Positions 53,015-60,936 of a stretch of DNA of 64,000 nt are shown here, one piece after another (position 1 is the first letter of the stretch; every line of letters begins with the position of its first letter). Position numbers and translations under genes: made by a program. Location of the stretch: positions 320,739-384,738 of the forward strand of contig PXPE01000001.1 of NCBI GenBank assembly GCA_003009795.1. The letters are read 5' to 3'. A model generated the notes under the pieces. That model saw only the letters and a list, made by a program, of their open reading frames with translations. It searched no databases and had not been told where the DNA came from. This stretch comes from Nanohaloarchaea archaeon SW_7_43_1 (GTDB lineage: Archaea; Nanohalarchaeota; Nanosalinia; Nanosalinales; Nanosalinaceae).

Positions 53015-53036
53015 TAATGATTTTTTAGCCGTTGCT

Positions 53037-53060
53037 GATTATTAAACCTGATTTTTAAAC
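53037..53060. promoter_or_regulatory. back-to-back TATA-like boxes in a 59-bp divergent intergenic region
   Basis: TTTAATAAT on the minus strand (53037-53045) lies 23-31 nt from the ATG at 53012-53014. ATTTTTAAAC on the plus strand (53051-53060) lies 23-32 nt upstream of the second ATG (53083) of the 53074 gene. Confidence 0.3.
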
Positions 53061-53073
53061 TCGCTACTACAAT

Positions 53074-53703
53074 ATGTTAAGTATGCCTGATACGTTTGGA
53101 GCCGGAGATATGAAAGAAAGTTTTGATAAAAAATCGTTTAGTTTTCTAGTTTCCGGACTGATTCTAGGTTCGGTTGTGGTATTTTTATCATTGAATGCTG
53201 GTACTGTAGGCAGCGAAGAGGCGGCTCAAGACCTGGTATCGACTTTAGAGCAGAGTTCAGGTCAGGATCTCGAGGTTGTGAATGTTGAGGAAAGCAATGG
53301 TTTGTACAAGGTTGAGGTAAAAGACGGTAATAACCAACTTTCCACATATTATATGACGAGAGATGGAGAGATGATAGCTCAGGATACAGCTATGACTAAC
53401 TTTCCTGAGTTCAGACAACAAGTCTCCGCACAGACAAACTTTTCCTCTTGTCTAGAGGATGAAGGTGTCGTAATGTTCGGGAACCGGTCTCAAAGATCAA
53501 CTGCCACTCAGATCCAGATTCTGGGAGGTCTGAACATGGTGTCAGGGATTTATGCTGATGTCAATAATGAGCAGATTCTGAATCAGGCTCAACAGATTGG
53601 AATACAGAGAATACCGGCTTTTGCAACAAATGAGTCTGCTGTACAGGGAGTACAGACAGTACCGCAGCTGGAGGAGTTTTCAGGCTGTGAATACAACGGT
53701 TAG
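53074..53703 (+). CDS. membrane-anchored protein with probable thioredoxin-like fold lacking the CxxC site
   Basis: TM anchor FSFLVSGLILGSVVVFLSL. The C-terminal FSSCLEDEGVVMFGNRSQRS...IGIQRIPAFATNESAVQGVQTVPQLEEFSGC parallels F-x-x-C-L...YGA-x-WCPHC...GI-x-x-x-PT...G-x-Q-x-x-x-x-L...GC domains recalled from memory. Confidence 0.45.
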   Translation: MLSMPDTFGAGDMKESFDKKSFSFLVSGLILGSVVVFLSLNAGTVGSEEAAQDLVSTLEQSSGQDLEVVNVEESNGLYKVEVKDGNNQLSTYYMTRDGEMIAQDTAMTNFPEFRQQVSAQTNFSSCLEDEGVVMFGNRSQRSTATQIQILGGLNMVSGIYADVNNEQILNQAQQIGIQRIPAFATNESAVQGVQTVPQLEEFSGCEYNG

Positions 53704-53708
53704 GGAAA

Positions 53709-54152
53709 ATGGAGGAGAAAAAAGAAAAACTGCAGGATCTCAGAAAGGATCTGGACCGGAAATTAGATTCAGGTGTAGAAAATTTGCTGGTCTACGGTGT
53801 TATTGGTTTTGCGGCAGTATTTGCCACAGCTTTTCTCTATTCAAGTCCTCCAGAAGTTTCTCAAGGTGAAGATGGGAGAAATGTTATTACAGAGGGAGAG
53901 ACTATAGATGTAACTGTGGGCAGTGAAGGAGTTGAACCCTTTAGACCGGTAATATCGCCGGAAGACGGAATCAATTTTACCAACAACGCAGATCACCAGC
54001 TTGAATTTGAGTTTGATAGACATGTTGATTCTTTCTCACTTCGGTCCGGAGAAAGCCGGGTCGTGGATACGAATATGACAGTTTATTATGACGTAACTGC
54101 ATCGGTACAGGAGGAGTTCCGAACTATTTCAGCAGGTATTTCAGTTCAGTGA
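53709..54152 (+). CDS. membrane-anchored small beta-sandwich (cupredoxin-like?) protein
   Basis: TM anchor LLVYGVIGFAAVFATAFLY. FRPVISPEDGINFTNNADHQLEFEF...LRSGESRVV resembles a cupredoxin-type layout but shows no obvious Cu ligand set. 5-nt gap from the previous gene. Confidence 0.4.
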   Translation: MEEKKEKLQDLRKDLDRKLDSGVENLLVYGVIGFAAVFATAFLYSSPPEVSQGEDGRNVITEGETIDVTVGSEGVEPFRPVISPEDGINFTNNADHQLEFEFDRHVDSFSLRSGESRVVDTNMTVYYDVTASVQEEFRTISAGISVQ

Positions 54153-54175
54153 TTCTTTCTAGGAATCCAAACCAG

Positions 54176-54183
54176 TTTAAATA
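54176..54183 (+). promoter_or_regulatory. TATA-like box TTTAAATA upstream of the 615-aa surface-protein gene
   Basis: Lies 33-40 nt upstream of the GTG start at 54216. Confidence 0.3.
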
Positions 54184-54215
54184 AGGCCTGAAAAATAGGT
54201 ATCAAGGTAATCTGT

Positions 54216-56063
54216 GTGGAAAATCTAAAAATAATCTTAGCGATATTTTTGTCATTGTTTCTAGTGGCCAATGTTGGCGCACAGGACCCAAGACATCCGT
54301 TAAGTCAGATATATCCGATAGATACTGATCTGGGTATGGAGGCCCAAGATATTAGGAATGTCTCACAGCTCCAGTTGAATGATGGTATAGGAGATAAAGG
54401 GCTTTTGCTTGAAGGATACAATATTTCAGGTGAGGGAGAGTCACAGAAGATTATTCTTGATTATCAAAACGATGAATGGGATATTCAGAACTCAAATGTA
54501 AACATGAACGGGAACAACATAACAAATATTGATACCCTTCTGTTCGAGACCGGTATGAAAATCAACGGCTCAATTAATACCTCAGGCGGAAACGTCAACC
54601 TGGATAACGGTTCTATAACAAATGTATATTCGATTGATGGCGGAGGCGACCCAATAAACTTTTTCGACCCGATTGATATGAATGGAAATCATCTTGAGGA
54701 TTCGAATGGGAACCTGGAGATTCGGGGCAAGGTCTATCTTCCTACCGGAGCCCTTGTTATGGGAGGAAATCCTATTCAAAATCCGGGTAACGTGGACGGC
54801 GTTGATATAGGTAAACCTGGTGACGGAATTGGTGTAACGGATTCACGATATGAGATAGTAGAGGATGCGATCGGAGACTCGGAGCTGAACAACTCAGAAG
54901 AATTTACCGCTGACGGACTTGTTCTTACATCCAATCTCAATATGACAGGTAATGATATAGAGACCGGTGGCGGGGATATGGCTGTGATAGATACTGCGAA
55001 CGAACAAGATATAATAAGACTAAAGGAAGGTGGAGATATCCAGATTCCGAGTGGCGATGTTGATATTGGAAATCCTTCTAATACTGGGAAAGCATTGGAT
55101 GTGGGAGGCGGCATCAACGTAGAAGAAAACATAGATCTGAACGGCAATGACATCAATTCATCAGGAACCGGCTTGAAAATAACCTCAGATACCAGCAATA
55201 ATTATCTAGCATTCACGGATGTTGGTCAATCAGAGGATCTACTTAGGGTAAATAATGGAGATGGTGACGGAGTCTCAGTACTTAATGAGAATCTTAATCT
55301 GAATGAAAACAACATAGAGAATGTAGATGGATTACGGGACGGTTCTGGAGCCAATACCATCAAGTTCGACGGAAATAACAATGTGAGTATACCAAATGGC
55401 AATGTTGATATTGGAAATCCTTCTAATACAGGAAAAACGTTGGATGTTGGTGGTGGAGCCAATTTCGACGATGTTGTTGATATGAATCAAAACAGTATTG
55501 AGACGGTAGACAGCCTTGAAGGTACTTCCGGAAGCTCTCTTGAACTATCGGTTTCAGGTAATGGCGGATCGGAACTTGTACTGGATAGTTCTGGTGATGT
55601 CCAGGTTCAAAACGGTGATCTTGACTTAAGAGGAAACTCGGTTACAGACGGAACTTCAAGTAACATAGTGAGTATTGGTGATGGAGTTGATGACAGTGTT
55701 GTCATAGATGGAGATGTCGGGTTTGGTGGAGACCTTGACTTGGCTAGTAGTTCAATCAAAAACTATTATGATTCGGCGTGTCCGTCCGGAAAGACCATAG
55801 CAAATATAGAAGATGATGGCAGCTTCCAATGTGTAGATGTATCGGAAGAAGTTTCTGATGTCTATGTTAACAGATCCGGGGATACAATGACGGGTGATCT
55901 CAACATGTTGGGTAATCAAGTGAATAATGTATCTAGGCTTGGCGTGGGAACAGCCGATCCTCAGGAAAACCTTGATGTTGATGGAACCGCATCTGTCGAA
56001 AACTCGGGAACGCGTATGGAAGTCGACTCCTCTGGTGATGTGGTGGTGACATTAGGGCCATGA
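54216..56063 (+). CDS. secreted repeat protein, tail-fibre-like adhesin candidate
   Basis: Sec signal ENLKIILAIFLSLFLVANVGAQ. Duplicated IP(S/N)G(D/N)VDIGNPSNTGK(A/T)LDVGGG element, and the phage-fibre-like SGDTMTGDLNMLGNQVNNV near the C-terminus. G/N/D/S-rich. Confidence 0.8.
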   Translation: MENLKIILAIFLSLFLVANVGAQDPRHPLSQIYPIDTDLGMEAQDIRNVSQLQLNDGIGDKGLLLEGYNISGEGESQKIILDYQNDEWDIQNSNVNMNGNNITNIDTLLFETGMKINGSINTSGGNVNLDNGSITNVYSIDGGGDPINFFDPIDMNGNHLEDSNGNLEIRGKVYLPTGALVMGGNPIQNPGNVDGVDIGKPGDGIGVTDSRYEIVEDAIGDSELNNSEEFTADGLVLTSNLNMTGNDIETGGGDMAVIDTANEQDIIRLKEGGDIQIPSGDVDIGNPSNTGKALDVGGGINVEENIDLNGNDINSSGTGLKITSDTSNNYLAFTDVGQSEDLLRVNNGDGDGVSVLNENLNLNENNIENVDGLRDGSGANTIKFDGNNNVSIPNGNVDIGNPSNTGKTLDVGGGANFDDVVDMNQNSIETVDSLEGTSGSSLELSVSGNGGSELVLDSSGDVQVQNGDLDLRGNSVTDGTSSNIVSIGDGVDDSVVIDGDVGFGGDLDLASSSIKNYYDSACPSGKTIANIEDDGSFQCVDVSEEVSDVYVNRSGDTMTGDLNMLGNQVNNVSRLGVGTADPQENLDVDGTASVENSGTRMEVDSSGDVVVTLGP

Positions 56064-56290
56064 ATGATTACCAAGATAAGAGAATATCCTATACATCGCA
56101 CGCCAAACAAAGGATTAGAGAGAGATTTATCTCCAGGAAAGACGTTGAGAAAGGAATTTTGAACCGTAAATGGAAAGAGGCCTACGGAGATAAACAGAAG
56201 GTGATCCAAGCAATCAATGGAAAAGAAATAGAGATAATTTTAAAACCTGAAGATGATAAAATTCTGGTTATAACAGTTTATTGGAGGTAA
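56060..56290 (+). CDS. DUF4258-family putative toxin
   Basis: 76 aa. ISYTSHAKQRIRERFISRKDVEKGI matches the DUF4258 H-A-x-x-R-x-x-x-R-x-I core. ATGA overlap with the upstream gene. Confidence 0.7.
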   Translation: MNDYQDKRISYTSHAKQRIRERFISRKDVEKGILNRKWKEAYGDKQKVIQAINGKEIEIILKPEDDKILVITVYWR

Positions 56291-56296
56291 GGTAAA

Positions 56297-56509
56297 ATGG
56301 ATTTAAGTTTTGACTCTGAGGCTGATGCGGTCTACATTCGATTTTCAGACCGTGACATCAAAGACAGCAACAAAATAGATGAAAGGACAATCGTTGATGT
56401 CGATGAGGATCAAGAAATTGTAGGAATAGAGGTTCTAGAAGCATCAGAAAGATTCAATGAAATATCCAGCCTGAATGTAGATTTCGAGCCAGAGGAAATG
56501 AAAGCTTAA
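56297..56509 (+). CDS. DUF2283-family putative antitoxin
   Basis: 70 aa. MDLSFDSEADAVYIRFSD...IVGIEVLEAS is the DUF2283 pattern. The stop lies 2 nt before the next start. Confidence 0.75.
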   Translation: MDLSFDSEADAVYIRFSDRDIKDSNKIDERTIVDVDEDQEIVGIEVLEASERFNEISSLNVDFEPEEMKA

Positions 56510-56511
56510 AA

Positions 56512-59500
56512 ATGAAATATTCGAGAGCATTACCGCTTTTAGCAATTCTTCTAATCTCTACAACTCCTTTAGGAGCCGCAAACGATTATATTATACAGGA
56601 TAGTGGTGAGAATCCTTTGTTCGCTGTGAATGAATCAGGGGAAAAACAGGTCTATAACGGTGAACTGGATTTGAACGGGAATAATGTAACTTCGGTAGGA
56701 GGACTTGAGTTAGGTTGGGAGAATCTTACTGATTATCCATCAGGTTGTGGTTCGAATGAAGCGGTCAGGGTGATCGGTGATACCATTGGCTGTACGTCTT
56801 TGAATCCGGGAGGAACTGTAGAGACCGGTGGTGGATCGAAAGGCCAGGTTGCTTACTTTATTGATTCGGAAAATATTACAGGAAGCGATAACTTTTACTG
56901 GAATAACTCTGAGATCGAACTAGGTATTGGAACCAACACTCCTTCCGCAGCGTTAGATGTAAACGGTGATGTAAAGATAAATGATGGTCTGGATATGGCC
57001 TCATCAGATATTACAGGAATTAATGATCTTGGAGGTACAGGTATAGTTGATAACAACCAGTTATCTGATGGAGCGGTTACTTCTAGTAAAATAGGTGGTC
57101 AGGAAGTAACTTCAAACAAGTTAAATACCGGTGTAGCTGGAACAGGGCTTTCAGGTGGAGGCGGTTCTTCTTTATCGGTTAATACTGATACAGGCCTAAC
57201 CACGAGCGGAGACAGTGTTTTGATTAATACAGCGGTTGTTCCCCGGAAAGGAGAAGATGAGACAATTACAGCTTCACAGTGGGTATACGAAAACGATGTC
57301 CAGGTTCAGGGTAACCTAGATGTTTGGGGCAATATAACTAATACAGATGTAGAGAACCTGAACATTAACGGTTCATTATTACCGCCTTCAGGTTACTCTG
57401 ATACATTTGATATAGGTTCTCCTTCCCGAAGATGGAAAACAGGATACTTCCAGGATATGGAACTCGGTAACAACGTGATTGATAATTCGGAGCTGGCAAA
57501 TACTGGTTTCTCAACGGATACTAACTCAGGTATAGACTCTGGTTCTGTTAATCTAGGTGGGGAACTAACAATTAATCACTCAGATACCTCCTCAGTGAGC
57601 GATAGCGATACTACGAATTCGGACGGCCAGGTTCTACAGGACCTTACGTTTGATGGTTTCGGGCATGTACAGACTCAATCAACTAAAGACTTGGATAACC
57701 GGTACTACACCGAGGCAGAGAGTGATGAAAACTTTGTGGATGAAAGCGGGGATACAATGACCGGAACATTGAATCTAAACCAGGGAGGAACAAACCTTGC
57801 TTTGAAACCAGGTTCCACAGATCACAGCTATATGGAGTTTTATGCTGACTCCGATAATCCAGGAACAAGATCAGGTTGGATAGGTTATGGATCCGGTGGC
57901 TCAGATCAGTTACGGATAAAGAACCAGATGGGAGGTAATCTTATACTTGACCCTGGCACAGATGAGGTAAGTGTTGCAGGTAATCTAAAAATGAATTCTA
58001 ATTCGATTAATGGTTTCTTCGGAGGTAACTGTCAGTCCGATGAAGTTGTAAAAAAAGTTAACAGCGACGGAACGTATAACTGTCAATCTATTACAGGAGC
58101 ATCTGATGATACTTACGTCAACGAAGGCGGAGATACGATGACCGGTAACCTCAATATGAGCGGTGACAACATCCAGAACGTAGGAACAATAAATGCATCA
58201 CAGCTGGAGAAAAACGGTAACACAGTCACCAGTCTATTCCTTGATATTTCAGGTGATGCAATGAGCGGCCAGATCAACATGCAAGGTAACCCTGTAACGA
58301 ATGTAGAAACCATCGATATGAACCAATCAGGCCAGATACAGACAGACAGTACAAACGCAGTAAGTATTGACAGCAACCAGAACGTAGAAATTTCGAACGG
58401 CGATCTAAATCTTGGGGATAACCAGCTTACCAATGTCGGAGGAACAGACTGTGACGCTGATGAAACATTACTAGGTGACGGCAGCTGTGGTACAACCGGC
58501 GGTAACCTCTCTGAGACTTTGAAAGCAGGGAATGAGGCTGGTAACACCGATATAAACCTTACCGGCCAGCAGATACTTGATACAACTGGCTCAGTAACAC
58601 TCGGAGGAGGAAACGTCGACATACCTGACGGAGAATTGGATGTAGGCAGCCCATCGAATACTGGAAGCGTGTTGGATGTAGGTGGAGACCTTAGAACTGA
58701 GGGAGCAATGAGAATTGATAACCCTGGAGCAAACGACTTCCTAACCGTTAGCGGAAGTAACATAGACCCACATACTCTTCGTTTTGATGATCGTTCCTTC
58801 CGGATTTACAGTGGCGACAACGCGGAGGCAGGTTTACGGATAGATAACGAGACAGCTAATATTGATACCTCCGGAAACAATTTGACCGATACCCAGAAAG
58901 GGAATGTCACCATCGGTCAGGATCTTAAGGTGTACGGAGACATTTGGGCGCCCGGAACAGGAGGAAGTGGCGGAAGCGGAGGAAGTGGAGAAACCGAAAA
59001 CCTATCAGAAACCCTGACCGCAGGGAATGTAGCTAACCGAACCATAGAATTTGGAGAAGATACGAACGTCGAGATAGGTAGAAATACTGCAACAAATGAA
59101 GAAAGCCTCGCAATCGGTAAAGGTGCACAGGCTGACGGTACGGATGCAGTTGGTTATCCTGGTAATGAGACTGCTGTAGGTACCGATGCAGCTGCAACCG
59201 GAACCCGGAGCTCTGCGTTTGGTGCCTCTGCAGAGGCCACTGGCATTGGCTCGACGGCGATTGGAGAGGGTGCAAGTGCCACTTCTACCCGGCAGACGAC
59301 AGCGATTGGAGGTGATTCAAGCGCCACCGCCAGCTTTGCAACGGCGATTGGATATTTTGCAGATGCCTCTGGCTATCAGGCGACTGCGACTGGAGAACAA
59401 TCAGAGGCCTCTGCTCTTGATGCAACAGCAACTGGATACGTTGCAGATGCTACCGCTCAGGAATCAACGACGACCGGAGCCTATGCAGAGGCTACTGCAT

Positions 59501-60936
59501 TTGGTGCAACGGCGACTGGACACAATGCAGATGCCTCTGCCAATAGTTCGACAGCGACCGGATCTGAAGCAGTTGCTTCGGGCAAGGGTAGTATAGCATT
59601 GGGCGGTGACCTTCAAAACGGCGACATCACTGGTGCGGAAGCCGAAAAAGAAGCATCGGTGGCAATCGGACCGAATGCTGTAGCACCTAACAGCTACGAG
59701 GCAACATTCGGTAATCTGGACGGCCAAGAACTGGACGTGAACATCACCGGTAACCTTACCGTTCATGGCGATGACTTTATTGAGCCGGGCCCGAATACAA
59801 ATATAGAGATAGGCAGAAATACTGAGACGAATAACGAGTCACTGGCGATCGGAAAAGGTGCCTTGGCAAACGGTTCCGATGATGGGTTTGGTAACTTCGG
59901 TAATGAGACTGCTGTAGGTACCGGTGCTGTTGCTACCGGAGTCATAAGCTCAGCATTCGGCGCCTCGGCTGAGGCCACTGGCCAGTCTGCTATAGCTACT
60001 GGGAGTTATACTGTGGCCTCTGACAGTGAGGCGACAGCTACTGGTTACTTTGTAAATGCAACTGCAATTCGTGCCACGGCGACTGGAAGCCGTGCAGACG
60101 CTACTGCCCGGCGCGCAACGGCGACTGGAGCTTTTGCAGAGGCCTCTGGTAGTGATGCGATAGCTACTGGAAGCCAGGCAGAGGCAACCATCAGTAATTC
60201 GATAGCGACTGGAAATCAAGCAAGGGCCAGTGCCTATGGCGCGACAGCGACTGGATACTATGCAGATGCCGCAGGGCAAGGCAGCGTGGCATTAGGCTCA
60301 GATCTTGGCGGCGATCCTTTTATCGGTGCAAATGCTTCTCAAAGAGCGTCTATTGCGATTGGGCCGGATGCCGTTGCAAGCAAACCAGGTTCTGTTGCTA
60401 TAGGCAACGGCTCGAAAGCCGAACATGATGATACAGTTACATTAGGTGATAGAGATGGAACAGCTTACGATCTGAGGGTTACCGGAAATATTTACACGGA
60501 TGGTGGAGACCTAGCGGAGTTCTATCAGAGTCCGCAGGACCTTGAAGCAGCGGAGGTTGTAAAGATCTCGGAAGAACGGGATAACAGGGCGGTTAGAACA
60601 GATGAGAAGTTTGAGGAGAAGGTCTTCGGCGTAGTCTCTTCGGATCCAGGTCAGATCATGAACACAGAGGAAGAGGAGGAAGGGCATGCGATAGCACTGG
60701 AAGGTAAAGTACCTGTCAAGCTGAAAGAAGGAGTATCTGTAGATAGAGGAGACCGTATAGCTCCAAGTAAAGTAGAAGGAAAAGCAACTACGTGTAAGGT
60801 TATTGACCCTGAGGAAAACAAGGAGATGGATTTACGGGAAATAATCAGCCACAATCAGAAATGCGAGTCATCAACCGTTGGAAGATCACTTGAAAAAGCA
60901 GAAGACACTGATGAAGTACTGGTGAAACTTGAATGA
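56512..60936 (+). CDS. giant secreted repeat protein: tail-fibre-like N-terminal two-thirds, two YadA-head-like (Hep_Hag-type) repeat modules, globular C-terminal domain
   Basis: Sec signal MKYSRALPLLAILLISTTPLGAA. Motifs ESGDTMTGTLNLNQGG, EGGDTMTGNLNMSGDNIQNV and ISGDAMSGQINMQGNPVTNV. Heptad-like AxG repeats such as TAIGEGASATSTRQTTAIGGDSSATASFATAIGYFADASGYQATATG. 1474 aa. Confidence 0.85.
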   Translation: MKYSRALPLLAILLISTTPLGAANDYIIQDSGENPLFAVNESGEKQVYNGELDLNGNNVTSVGGLELGWENLTDYPSGCGSNEAVRVIGDTIGCTSLNPGGTVETGGGSKGQVAYFIDSENITGSDNFYWNNSEIELGIGTNTPSAALDVNGDVKINDGLDMASSDITGINDLGGTGIVDNNQLSDGAVTSSKIGGQEVTSNKLNTGVAGTGLSGGGGSSLSVNTDTGLTTSGDSVLINTAVVPRKGEDETITASQWVYENDVQVQGNLDVWGNITNTDVENLNINGSLLPPSGYSDTFDIGSPSRRWKTGYFQDMELGNNVIDNSELANTGFSTDTNSGIDSGSVNLGGELTINHSDTSSVSDSDTTNSDGQVLQDLTFDGFGHVQTQSTKDLDNRYYTEAESDENFVDESGDTMTGTLNLNQGGTNLALKPGSTDHSYMEFYADSDNPGTRSGWIGYGSGGSDQLRIKNQMGGNLILDPGTDEVSVAGNLKMNSNSINGFFGGNCQSDEVVKKVNSDGTYNCQSITGASDDTYVNEGGDTMTGNLNMSGDNIQNVGTINASQLEKNGNTVTSLFLDISGDAMSGQINMQGNPVTNVETIDMNQSGQIQTDSTNAVSIDSNQNVEISNGDLNLGDNQLTNVGGTDCDADETLLGDGSCGTTGGNLSETLKAGNEAGNTDINLTGQQILDTTGSVTLGGGNVDIPDGELDVGSPSNTGSVLDVGGDLRTEGAMRIDNPGANDFLTVSGSNIDPHTLRFDDRSFRIYSGDNAEAGLRIDNETANIDTSGNNLTDTQKGNVTIGQDLKVYGDIWAPGTGGSGGSGGSGETENLSETLTAGNVANRTIEFGEDTNVEIGRNTATNEESLAIGKGAQADGTDAVGYPGNETAVGTDAAATGTRSSAFGASAEATGIGSTAIGEGASATSTRQTTAIGGDSSATASFATAIGYFADASGYQATATGEQSEASALDATATGYVADATAQESTTTGAYAEATAFGATATGHNADASANSSTATGSEAVASGKGSIALGGDLQNGDITGAEAEKEASVAIGPNAVAPNSYEATFGNLDGQELDVNITGNLTVHGDDFIEPGPNTNIEIGRNTETNNESLAIGKGALANGSDDGFGNFGNETAVGTGAVATGVISSAFGASAEATGQSAIATGSYTVASDSEATATGYFVNATAIRATATGSRADATARRATATGAFAEASGSDAIATGSQAEATISNSIATGNQARASAYGATATGYYADAAGQGSVALGSDLGGDPFIGANASQRASIAIGPDAVASKPGSVAIGNGSKAEHDDTVTLGDRDGTAYDLRVTGNIYTDGGDLAEFYQSPQDLEAAEVVKISEERDNRAVRTDEKFEEKVFGVVSSDPGQIMNTEEEEEGHAIALEGKVPVKLKEGVSVDRGDRIAPSKVEGKATTCKVIDPEENKEMDLREIISHNQKCESSTVGRSLEKAEDTDEVLVKLE
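59059..60490 (+). repeat. two tandem ~0.7-kb diverged coding modules inside the 1474-aa gene (approximately 59059-59760 and 59794-60490)
   Basis: Both begin (D/P)TN(V/I)EIGRNT(A/E)TN(E/N)ESLAIGKGA...GNETAVGT...SSAFGASAEATG and end ...S(V/I)AIGP(N/D)AVA.... Shared DNA strings include ggtaatgagactgctgtaggtacc at about 59160 and 59898. Confidence 0.7.

Noticed and set aside
58113-60279. Multiple long alternative-frame and antisense ORFs inside the 1474-aa gene (58113-58763, 59186-59596, 59464-59766, 59950-60279 and others)
   Set aside because: They are low-complexity P/S/R/L-rich translations produced by the Ala/Gly/Thr repeat DNA. None has a start context, and they tile over one continuous 4.4-kb sense ORF.
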